A DNA stretch of 64,000 nucleotides, from assembly GCF_001194135.2 (NCBI RefSeq), contig NC_068989.1:52240501-52304500 (forward strand). The letters are read 5' to 3'. How positions within the stretch are numbered: the stretch's first letter is position 1; each line of letters begins with the position of its first letter. The position numbers and the translations under genes were made by a program. The DNA comes from Octopus bimaculoides. Its lineage: Eukaryota. The notes below the pieces were generated by a model, which saw nothing but the letters and a program-made list of their open reading frames with translations, had not been told where the DNA came from and made no database searches. Below, one piece after another: positions 52,471 to 64,000 of the stretch.

Positions 52471-53167
52471 AGTGCTAGCCTAAGGTTGAATGTTGTAAAT
52501 TTTGCATTCTACGGTACTACCAGCAAAGACTGTTTTCTACATGATACATTGAAAAGAAGAATCTATATATAGAAATGTATAGTGATATTGTATTTTGGAC
52601 ATATATGTTCTGTGTTCATAGCCAACCGGAGTCGTCTTAGTATGGCATGTACCAAGGAGTCGCTGTTATTAGCAGCAGCCTTAAATACATAATTATCGAC
52701 TGTGCATTTCACATTACTATTTAGCTTCAGGGAAAATGAAAGATGTATGCCTCCGGTGATCAGATCCCCTTATATTTCTTTTTCTCTTATAGGTTGAAAC
52801 TATTATATTTCACATACTCGGTTCATGTAATTCAAGAAGTCGACAAATTGCTACACTATCTTTGAGATGGCATCTGATTTCAGGTCTGTCGTAAGTTAGT
52901 ATACTATACCATGCATTGTTGGTAAATAGTATTTAATCCAAGAAACATTATCTGTTCTCCGTATGCAAAGCAAATTATAGCTGTGTCTTCTTGTCTAAGG
53001 TAAACTTTGCACCGTAAAACTAAATGTACTAATCAGGAGCAAACATAATTTGATTTATGTGAATGCCGATGCTTCCACACGGCTTCTTGTTTAAGTTATG
53101 TTAGTGTAAATTGAACATCAATAAAGTCTTACAATACAATAACAAATGTCCTTCCTCCTTTAAATAT

Positions 53168-53199
<32 letters not shown>

Positions 53200-54142
53200 N
53201 NNNNNNNNNNNNNNNNNNNNNNNNNNNNNNNNNNNNNNNNNNNNNNNNNNNNNNNNNNNNNNNNNNNNNNNNNNNNNNNNNNNNNNNNNNNNNNNNNNNN
53301 NNNNNNNNNNNNNNNNNNNNNNNNNNNNNNNNNNNNNNNNNNNNNNNNNNNNNNNNNNNNNNNNNNATACATACATACATATAACCAAATATTAAACTAA
53401 TATTAGATCTGTCACATCTGCTTACAATTAATATATCTCTTGATATTATTCACAATTTATTCAAATATTGTATTTCTGGAGTTGAAAACATTAAAAAATC
53501 ATAAGAATTTCAAGAAATTCAAATAGAGATAAGTGTTATTAGGCTAAATCATTTTAATGGTTTGTCTGTAAATCAAGGAACATAGAATGCATGTTTGTGT
53601 TTTCATTTTCAGTTGATGTTGTAAGATATAAAATCATAAAGAAGTGGACATATATAAATTTTAGTTAATCAAGTAACTTGATTTGCTTTGCAAGAATAAA
53701 TAGCGGATGAGCAATAGAAATAAACTGAAAGTTGATGGAAGGTTCTCAACTTAATTAATTAACTAATTAATCAAATTATTTTAAAATTCTTGTCAACCTG
53801 AATTGCTAAGAATTAATTAGCAACATGCAGTGAATCATTAATAAATGCAGATCCGATATTGCAGATGGACATAGTGTTCCCCACTTGTAAAAATTACATT
53901 ATCATCGCGATTGCATATTTTATCTGTTCTTTTCCTTGTTCCTTTTAAATAACTTATTCATTAATGGAATGTCAGAATACTGAAGCTGAAGGATCTTTTA
54001 ATAAGGATTCAACAACATCGGAAGCAGAAGTAAATATTGATATATGTTGTCAATATTTAATTTATACCAACACGTGCTCAGTGTTAGAAATTGAAGAAAT
54101 GTTTTAATTGTCAAATTCTCTTGAAATTGATTATTTGTTTTA

Positions 54143-54341
54143 AATATTCGCACAAGACCAGCAATTTCAGTGGAGGCTTGAAGTCGATTACATCGGCTCC
54201 ATTACTCAACTGGTATCTGATTTACTGATCCTAAAATGTTAAGTCAGTCTTAGCGGAATTTGAACTCAGAAGGTAGAGATAGCCGAAATACCACTAAGCA
54301 TTTTTCCGGGCGCGCTAACAATTCAGTTAGCACGCCGCCTT
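54143..54341 (-). mobile_element. tRNA-derived SINE (second family), internally deleted
   Basis: Minus strand AAGGCGGCGTGCTAACTGAATTGTTAGCGCGCCCGG..CTTAGTGGTATTTCGG..TTCTGAGTTCAAATTCCGC (B-box-like)..ACCAGTTGAG..GATGTAATCGACTT. Confidence 0.75.
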
Positions 54342-55357
54342 ATATGTATTGAATATTGAAATTTTGTTTTATTGAGTTAAATTTTCACCAAGAAAAATAT
54401 GCATATGTGAGCTAATGTATGTGTGTGTGTGTATGATGATATAATAAATTTTGAACGAGCGTTTCCAAAGCACCAAATGCTTTATAACATAAAGAAGTGA
54501 GATCAAAGATACATATAAACATATCTGGAAATCGAGAAAATCCGGGAAGCAAAGCTTCATAACATTTCAATGTAGTCTCGTAAAAGTTCATAAAATTCAT
54601 ACAGTAACGTCGTTGGTGACATACATAAGACTTAGAGAGTGGACCTTCATGTTGATTCGAACTACATAAGTAATAACGGATCATCAGTGTAAACCTCATA
54701 AGTTTTATATAGAAAAGTGGAGATGTGTAATCCGAAAATATGGTTCAACCACAAACTATTCGTTTCCTCAATTATGTAAGCGAATACTTTGTGGTTGAAA
54801 CTCCTCTTCAGAATACAAATCTAAACCTTCTCATAATCTACACGTTCTGAAATTGTTTTTGTAGTAGTCACTCCATTTATAATAACTTTTACAGTAACTA
54901 CTTAGTGAAGTGTGTCAGACATTTGCTTAACTAAATGCTATTATGTTTAACTATATTCGTCTTACTAGTTGCATGCTATTCTTCGAACCTCAGCAGTTCG
55001 AATATTAGATCCGAACAAAGGCACTAAGGGTATTTCGGTCCTTAGTATCTTCAATCTGAGGGATGTTCTTATTAGGTAATGTGGTTTCCACAACAGGCAA
55101 ATTGTCGTAATTAATCCCTATAGGTAGAATACAATTCAGAAGTGGAAAGAAAATTGAAGATATGGGGTTTGTTGTGTGATATATGTGTAAACATGATCTT
55201 GCATGTAAACTTTATGGAATTGGGTACGTAATTCGATTTAATGTGAATGCAGTTTTCCATGAAGCCAGAAATTATTTTTGTGCACAGTAGTGCATATAGT
55301 ATGTTATATGTGGTTATGAAGTAAACTGTCATTGAATAATTTATCTAACGATAGCAA

Positions 55358-55770
55358 ATAGGTGCAGGAATGTCTGTGTGGTAAGTAGCTTGCTTACCAA
55401 CCACATGGTTCCGGGTTCAGTCCCACTGCGTGGCACCTTAGGCAAATGTATTCTACTATAGCTTCGGGCCAGCCAAAGCCTTGTGAGTGGATTTGGTAGG
55501 CGGAAACTTAAAGAAGCTCGTCGTATATATATATATATATATATATGTATATGTATATATATGTGTGTGTGTTTGTCCCCGCAACATCGCTTGACAACCG
55601 ATGCTGTTGTGTTTACGTCCTCCTAACTTAGCAGTTCGGTAAAGAGACCGATAGAATAAATACTAGGCTTAAAAAGAATAAGTCCTGGGGGTCGATTTGC
55701 CCGATTAAATGCGGTGCTCCAGCATGGCCGCTGTCAAATGACTGAAGCAAGTAAAAGAGTAAAAGAGTAA
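55358..55770 (+). mobile_element. Full-length tRNA-derived SINE
   Basis: Head with B-box-like GGGTTCAGTCCC; CORE-like CCTTAGGCAA block; internal (TA)n; (AAAGAGT)n tail. Further copies or fragments at 1720, 1997 and 32374. Confidence 0.9.
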
Positions 55771-56874
55771 AACATTATATTTTGTTTATCGTTCACAAAG
55801 TTAGAAGAAATTCATCACTGAAATCAAACATACTGAAATTAAACACCGACGTATTCTTCGCTCAATGGACGAAATCAATGTCAGTACCAACACTTCAAAA
55901 AGAAAACTGAAACAGATATAGACAGATAGGATTATTCTAATTCGTATTATAGTGCCAGTTCACAGATAGAATAATTCTAATTCGTATTATAATGCGAGTT
56001 CACTCTTCGCAAGATTACTCCACGATATTTGTGAATATGAAGTTTAATATAACCCAACCATGAAAGAATTTGTGTTGAAACTGAGGTTACTTGCCGATGA
56101 TGATACATTAATGGACGACACTTATCGAGTGATCAAAAATTGATGTATTTCTACTCAAGCACAAAAATTATCTACAACAGCACTATCATTTTTAATCGTA
56201 CGAAGATTTCTAAGATGGTAATTAGTGAACTTGAACATACTATCTACATCAGTAATGCATGTAAATCTATTTGCAAACGAAAAGGTCAGATAGCGAAAAG
56301 ATTTATTCATTTCAAGGAATGACCTACAAGAAAGGCTAAAACTATTTTTCTATTATATTCCTTTTCTTGATCAAAGTCTTAACGCTGTCACTAGTGATGT
56401 ACTACGTTTGGTCGTATGATGCAATAGGCATTATACTGGGTGGTATATATTTTTGGTCGTCAAATAAATACTAAAAGATTTACTCAAAATATATGCTATA
56501 TATATTGTTGTGCACATTAAATTTTAATTTAAAGAGAATCGGCTGGATCTAGTTTTTAAATAGTGGTGGTATCTGATGCTCTAGAAAGTATATATATATA
56601 TATTTGGCTTGTGATCATTTTACCATAGCTTTCGGAACTGAAAAACAACTTAGTTATATTAGAGTTTTAAATTGTTTCCAAATAATGTTTGTAAAATAAT
56701 AGACAGAGAACACCAATGGAAAATACGAAATTTAAAAGAGGCAGCCCATATGCTAGGACACAATAAATTCCTAAGCAGACATAGTCCATATATGAATGTA
56801 ATATTAGAACCGGTATTAAGAAAAGACAAACTATTAAGTTTATAAGCCCAAAAAGTTAGTCTATAAATACCTAC

Positions 56875-56981
56875 GGCATATAGCATAGTGGATAAGAGCG
56901 CGGGCTCCTAACCCTCGGATTCATAGTTCAATATCAGGGAATTATATCCACACAAAAAAAGAATACATTAGGAATGAGAAC
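56875..56981 (+). mobile_element. Family B SINE, partial/degenerate copy (tRNA-Arg(CCT)-like head plus start of tail)
   Basis: A box TAGCATAGTGG; anticodon arm GGG-CTCCTAA-CCC; then ATACATTAGGAATGAGAAC as in the full copies. Confidence 0.7.
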
Positions 56982-56984
56982 AGA

Positions 56985-57058
56985 GTACCAGATATGACGT
57001 ACTGGTTAAGAGCGTGGGCTACTAACCCCAAGATTCTGAGTTCGATTCCAGGCAGTGA

Positions 57059-57103
<45 letters not shown>

Positions 57104-57265
57104 TAATAACAACAACATCGAAAAATACCTTAGGAATGAGAACCCAGGTTCAAAATTTCCCCAGACACCTAATGAAGGCTGGAGGGTATATCAGCTGAAA
57201 CGTTGTGTTAGCAACAAGCAAGATGAGGACAAATATCCGTCAAATATAAATAATGTAAAAAATGA
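56985..57265 (+). mobile_element. Family B tRNA-headed SINE with hammerhead tail, full copy
   Basis: TGGTTAAGAGCGTGGGCTACTAACCCCAAGATTCTGAGTTCGATTCCAGGCAGTGACC, (AAT)n, tail matching 16683-16820. Confidence 0.85.
57164..57209 (+). ncRNA. Minimal type I hammerhead motif (family B copy 2)
   Basis: GACAC-CTAATGA-A-GGCTG..CAGCT-GAAAC-GTT-GTGTT. The GUU cleavage site is intact; core G5 is changed to A. Confidence 0.75.
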
Positions 57266-59094
57266 ATAACATGCAACCTCGTTGACACTACATTTTACAG
57301 GAAACGCTCAGAAATTAGAAATTCATTGACTTTTACAATTTCTGAAGTGAAGTGCTGAACACATTTTTCAATATATAATTATATTTACAGAAAAGTAGTT
57401 TAGCTGTTTTAATGGATTTTCAATTGCTTCAGTGTTGTGGAAATCGTATGAAAAGAGACGAAATTAACGTGAAAAAGAATTTCAAAGATACATACTGAAA
57501 ACAAAGCGCTAAAGGTGACTTGAAAATATATTAATATAAAATGTAAGCAACACGGAAAGTGTAAATGACTGATTTCAAGGCGAAATCACGGAGAAGGCAA
57601 CAATGTATGGATATTTAAGCATTTAGCCAATTTCGAATGTTCGATGATGCTTAATTAGGGAACTTAGATTATGGTAGCAGTTTGTTTGAATATTTAAAAA
57701 CGTAGCTCCAAAGTGTCATAGATCAAAAGAATAGTGTCATTGCAGATAATTCAAACAAATTAGAAGTTTTAACCGGCACACCAACTGATTTCATTCAGTA
57801 AAGCATAAGTCATACAAGATCTTTATTTTTTGAAGTCATTCCGAAAGTGATGTAAGGTATTAGTAGCATCACGATTACATATGTCGAATAAATTCCCGTC
57901 AATATTCATCGATCTATCAAATTAAACTATTCATCGATCAATCAAAATAAACTATCAAAATATGTAACACATTTTTCTAAACTTACCGAAATCAGCACAG
58001 TAGCAGAAAGTTTCTTTAGCTGTTCAAACACATCATATCGTACGTTTGTTCTACAATAAACGATATTTGATTTTTGACTTAGTGAACTCTTTTGAATAAT
58101 ATTTGGTGTTTGAAGTAGATTACAATACAATATGAGTTACATTGCAACAATGAGACATAGAGGTAGGATATGCTGTGATTTTTCATATTTCTTAATGTTG
58201 TTTATTTCAAGCTTTGATTACTTATTGTAAAACCTAATTATATCGTGGTTTGTTCTTAAAAATACAATACGACAAAATGTACCAAATGACACTATATTCA
58301 TTCTATTTATTTCTCCTGAATTTCAAATTATAGCACACGAGTATATGATTTTAATACAAGTGCATTGTTCTTTTGATGTATTTTTTAATAAAATAAACAT
58401 GATAAATAAAGAGAATAAATGAGAATGGGGGAAATCAGGTAGAAGAAAAGACTGTTCTTACCTTTCCCCATTTCACTTGCTTCTGAATTGATAGGTAATA
58501 ACCTCAATATGCTGCTTATAAATAATTTAATAGATCGTTTATTTGTTTGTTCGTGATGGCGAAACACAGTATCGTAGAATTAGTTGTATACAATCTGACA
58601 GAATAGACATATGAAATATCAAATAAATTCAATTATATAAACAATGTTCACGTGTTCTACTTCGTTATACGAAAATGGATCTATCCAATCACTCAATGTG
58701 CGTGTGTGTGTGTGTGTGTATGTCTGTCTGTTTGTCTGACTATCTGCCTGTCTGTCTGTGTATGTGAATGTGTAAGTTGTTGTGCAAATTATCAGATAGA
58801 ATTTATTGATTAATAAAATGTTTCTATTACAAAGATAAATATGTGATTTAGTTAGAAATCGCTCTTTCAAAAATGCTACGCAATTTGTTATGACAATGAA
58901 ATAACATATAACTAACTTTCAGATGCAGCAAGGCAATATAAAATATTTTTTTTCACGTGTTAAGTAATGCTATTCGGCTTTTGAAATAATGTAACAGCGC
59001 AACTAAGTATCATCCAAGTTTTAGGATGTCTTGCTGAAAATACTATCAAAATTTTGCATAAATTACACACTGACCTTTTAAAAAATGATAGGTT

Positions 59095-59415
59095 ATAAAC
59101 TGGCTCGTCGTCACCGACGACGAGGGTTCCAGTTGACCCGGTCAATGGAACAGCCTTCTTGCCAAACTAACGAGCATGTAGCTGAGCAGGTCCACGTGTA
59201 CCCTTAAAGTATTTTCCATGGAAATTCAGCATGACACAGAGTGAAACAAAGCGGGCCCTTTGAAATACAGGTACTTCTCATTTTTACCAGCTTAGTGAAC
59301 TGGAACAAAGTGAAATAAAGTGTCTTGCTCGAGGACACAATGCGTCGCCAGGAATTGAACCCATGGTCTTACGATTGTAAGCCGAGTACTTAACCACTAA
59401 GCCACGCACATTCAC
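59095..59415 (-). mobile_element. tRNA-derived SINE (third family)
   Basis: Minus head GCGTGGCTTAGTGGTTAAG (A box)..GGGTTCAATTCC (B box); GTGTCCTCGAGCAAGACAC block; 3' hairpin CTCGTCGTC-ACC-GACGACGAG (59104-59124). Confidence 0.85.
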
Positions 59416-62400
59416 AATGAAATGTTATATATAGCATATATAACGAGATAATCAAAATGAAGGGATGTGAAGCAGTTGATTATAGGTTTACATTATCTGG
59501 GTACTTTTAAAACTAACACCATATTTGGAAATACCAAGAATTTAATTTAGGTGGCTACATATATATGATGCGTTTTATAGAAATTACATGGGATTCTACG
59601 ATTTTGTTTTCCTCGGCGTCCACATGAATAATTAAACATTATTCTTCGTCGTGCCAATGAATTAGCCTCTACACGAGCGATTGATCTGCTTGTAACATGT
59701 GAATAATCTATTTTACTGTATACGTCAACATTTAAAACAAGAGACACGCATTAGAAAATCAAGTCCAATGTACAAGGACATAAAATATGAAGATTATTTT
59801 CCTCAGGTGTTTCCTCGAATCTCTGCTCTGATGATGGACAACTATGCCTTAAACCACTGGAACAATACCGTTTTAGATTCACTCTGAGATATATAAATAC
59901 ATTGTTTTCAATATGCATCAAGGTGAATGCTTAAAATAAAAATTGATTTTAATAGTATAAATTAGTTCATTTTATTTAAAATTTGGCAATAAAGACATTT
60001 ATCAAACCTCTTGGAACATGTTACCGAGACGCATTCGGATCATGTAATATCTGTATATTTGATATTTCAATTAGTGATCTTAATTAAAAACTAATGAGAA
60101 CGTGTTTTCAAATAGTAATTCATAAGTTCATTGTATATCTGCTTTGCTCTGTTCACATTGTGCTAACATTGTAGAGATAACTTTTTTTTATATCTATATC
60201 TAATTTCAGCTAGGTATTTGCAACATAAATGCGTGGGAACTTAGTAGGGTATAATTTGCATATGAAGAATAATAACTTATTGTAGCGATCAAACTCACGC
60301 TATATACACTCATTTGCTTATTAGAATTTTCTATAGAAAACATTATTTCAGATCTGGTGCCTCAATTAATATATTTATGAATATTTCAATGAAATTCTTC
60401 AATTGAAAAATAATGAAAGGATAAGCGTTTCATATTTTTTTAAAATATAGAATCAGTGCTTCTGTTTAGAGGAGTGATTGAAATAAATCCATTTATATTT
60501 CTATAAACAGGCTCTTTGCTATTGAATGCTTCATAAAAAACAAGGACGAAGAAAGAAAACTGGTTTAGAAAACTATGAATACCCGGATGAATATATGAAT
60601 TAATTTTATTATTTTACTTCTATATTTCATTCAACGTCATTTACAAACTGAAAAAAAAACTACCTGTTGAAAAGATTAACTGTCTTTGAATTAATGTAAT
60701 AACTTAACCTCTGCTTTCAATATTCAACGAAAATATGCTATTAAATTATACGCAAATGCATGTTTGTTTTCTCGAATACATATGAAATTACAACTCCAAT
60801 TATTTTCTCGAATTTATTTGAAATTAGTTATTTTCTATGTTGTTTCATCAACATATTCTGATTTTATTTAAAAAATAAACATTACAAAACAAACTGAAAT
60901 AAGATATGTTCATGAGATAAGCCATAAGACAAGCTGTCAAAACAGAAAAATAAAGTTTTATATCTTTGCTATTTTAATTGTCACAGAGGTGGAAGAGTGT
61001 GTACTAGAAATCTTTGAATGTACGAAAATTAACTAAAGTAGAAACAAAGCGGAATGAAAAATAAAGAATAAGATGCAGATAAAGAGCAAATACGTCAGTA
61101 GCTGGAATGACAGTTGATATGGTGATTTTCATACTGACTTGCGTATTTTTTAAAAATTGTGTACGTTTTCTGTATGAAAATGAAATACATATTTGGTGTG
61201 GCAAGAAATACATTGAAATGTAAATTTTCTTTCTAAAATTGATATGCTTTTCTTGATTGTCCTCGACAAAAAATAAGCATTAAACAATTCAATTATTTTA
61301 TACTTATTGGTAAACAGTACAAAACAAAACGTAGATTTTAATCATATGTATACTGTTTAGAAATTGGAATCGAGACGCTATAAAAGACATAAAAATCACG
61401 ATAAAGCACCGAAATATTTAAGAAGCTTTGCACATGGATCATATTTAGAATGAAATTATCAACCAATGTCATATCAACGCTCAACGTATTTTTACGAACG
61501 AATCTGTACAGTCAGCTATTTATTACATAGTCAATAAACAGCGGCTAGTGTTGTAATTCCGATGTAGAAAAGTAATAAGAGATTCGAACAACGTTGTCTT
61601 TCTTCTTTGTTTATTCGATCACATATTATGTGTTTGATATTGAAAATTTTAGAAACATTGAAACGCATATCATTTCGTAGTCAATCCTGTCTTTCATACG
61701 TTGTGAGCAAATGATCAACATTATATGGCAACCACTATTTCTCTTAAATGCAGTTCATGCATTCTAAATGTTATCTGACTTAATTTAGGTGTAAAATTTG
61801 AAAACGAGCCTTTTCAGGAAGAAATTCCATACAGGCATATCCCTTCACGCATACATTCATACATACATGTGTAAATCTGGGGTGCGCAATTGAAGCAGCA
61901 TCAAATATAAGCAGTCATATGTGTATCATATTTAATATATACACTATTAACAGGCATGGTTTTGTGATTCCTGCTCGAGATATAAGAAAAATCTTATTGA
62001 CACGGTGTGTTAAGAACAGATTCACAGTTTCCATATCGAAAACTCTTCTCCTGAAATCTCTGGGGTTTGCAAAACAATCCACTAGTATAAGCGATCTCGA
62101 TGTCAGAATTATCATGAACGCGAGAATGTCAATCCTGATTCACGACCATTTCTTATGAGCAAAAGTAAGAAGGTGATCAAACAAAAGTAAGGTGATCCAC
62201 TGTTCGACGTTTCTATCGTGAGATACTACGATATATATNNNNNNNNNNNNNNNNNNNNNNNNNNNNNNNNNNNNNNNNNNNNNNNNNNNNNNNNNNNNNN
62301 NNNNNNNNNNNNNNNNNNNNNNNNNNNNNNNNNNNNNNNNNNNNNNNNNNNNNNTATCAATGTGGAGTAAATAATTCGCGAAAAATTAATTTGCGAAGAT

Positions 62401-63884
62401 AACTCTAATATTATCAAGATGACAATTAAAAATTATGACAGAATCAATAATACAGGTGATTGCAGGCCCACCACCCTACAAAAAAAACATTAGGTATATA
62501 TATATGTAATTACACACACCCATACTCATACATATATCCATAACACGTTTGCACACAAACGCCCCTGCAGGAGGCACTGACGCACAGGTATTCGCACGTG
62601 CTAACCAATAACGCGCCCACATCCACGTACTCATGTATCTGGTATATATGCACACACTCACCGGCCTTGCTTCTGTCGGTTTCCAAGTATCTTGAAAGGC
62701 TTGCCAGACACCAACTTAAGGTCGAAATATTAGAATAGTTTACCACCCAGATAAATATAAACAGTGTTACTGCAACTAGAAATAATAAACAGAAATAAAT
62801 TAAAAAATACTACTAAAGTAATATATTAGCTGCACAGTAAAGCAGAAATAGAACCTCAAACAAGCATTTCAACATTTTGATGGCCTGATAATATAGAATT
62901 GCGTACATAAATGTGCAACAATACTGAACTTCCGTCTTCTTAGTAGCAATATTTGTAATGAATGAAGTATAACAAACAACTTGAAATGTTGCAAATGAGC
63001 ATTAATTTCCTTTTGAATCTGATCAGCCTGGAAACATCCAAAATATTGTATTTACATTGCTGACATGATATCATTTTTCTTTTGTTATCCTTTATAGATT
63101 CAATAAGTATATTAACTCTGTTCCATGCATTATCCATGAGTTTCAACATCTTGCGCTGCTAACTTTTTAGAAGATTATTACAGTTATCGGATTAGGATCA
63201 GAAATATTAAATCATTTGAATGCCAACATTTTCGAATTCTTTGATCGTTTCCACCATAAGAAAATTATACTTTTATGAATATTGTCAATATATATTAATA
63301 TTAATATCTTCTGAGGGTTAAATATTTGAAAGATAGGCGGAAACTGTCAGTGCAAATAGTAGGAAATGAATGCAGAAAAACATCGAGAATATTTGTTAAT
63401 AAATATCACGCTGCAAGCCTTCCTAAATTTCATAAATATTACAAATCTTATGTAATAGAAACACGAAATATTACGTAATCAACACTGAGAGAGGACATTT
63501 TCTTAACGCGATAATGACAATAGTGTTAATAAAGAAAAATAATAACTTTAATAGAAACCATGTTGCAAGTGTCAAACACAAGCACACAATACATTAACCA
63601 AAGAGAAATATAATAAACCTGCTCCTTAACGAAAGAGTATGGAAATTAAGAGATTAAGTAAGGTATCTGCGCATGATTAAAACAAACGATGCTTAATGAA
63701 GACTATAGATTTTGTCAAACGTTTTAGAAGATGGATATTAAGCAATAAATTGATTGGTACTATTTTTAACATATAAAAGAAAACGAATTACATGACTTCC
63801 TACAGGTCATATGCGCTACAGCCACAAATATTTTTTGAGTACATTTGGCAAGACTTATGTTTATGACTATAGATAGCTAATTAG

Positions 63885-63935
63885 ATAGATAGATAAATCG
63901 ATAGACAGATAGATAGAGGGAGAGAGAGAGATAAA
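63885..63935. repeat. (GATA)n/(GA)n microsatellite
   Basis: Directly visible. Confidence 0.9.
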
Positions 63936-64000
63936 GACACAAAGGCACATATGTATACAAAAAGCTTCCATTTCCTGGGTCCAGTAACGTATGGCGGGGT

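Noticed and set aside
59825-59860. CTGATGATGG.. and the 62-aa ORF at 59699-59887
   Set aside because: No GAAA or stems, and the ORF has no recognisable motif.
62940-63450. Minus-strand 69-aa ORF with CQQC
   Set aside because: The surrounding frames are stop-ridden and no family could be assigned.

Overview
This is an AT-rich, microsatellite-dense eukaryotic scaffold segment with 8 N-gaps. It reads like a coleoid cephalopod (Octopus-like) intronic or intergenic region; that is inferred from repeat content and not proven. I recognise no intact host protein-coding gene. Most ORF-track entries are microsatellite or antisense artefacts, and the recognisable peptides are decayed transposable elements: two internally deleted Gypsy LTR elements, an RTE LINE plus a second RTE 5' fragment, three R4/Dong-type RLE LINEs, Tx1/L1-like and CR1/Jockey-like fragments, a Penelope-like GIY-YIG remnant, Tc1, mariner and maT transposons and MITEs, and several tRNA-derived SINEs. 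The most interesting signal is RNA-level. Two unrelated short repeat families each carry a minimal Penelope-type (type I) hammerhead ribozyme. One is fused behind a tRNA-Arg-like Pol III head (16581-16870, 56985-57265), and one copy directly abuts a Penelope endonuclease fragment. The other carries a non-canonical CUGU(U/C)GA core in both copies (846-882, 26184-26222). Other notable structures are a ~590-bp foldback hairpin, a ~1-kb old duplication 8.2 kb apart, a 601-bp tandem duplication, a motif-rich minisatellite beside a Gypsy LTR, and a pre-miRNA-sized hairpin.
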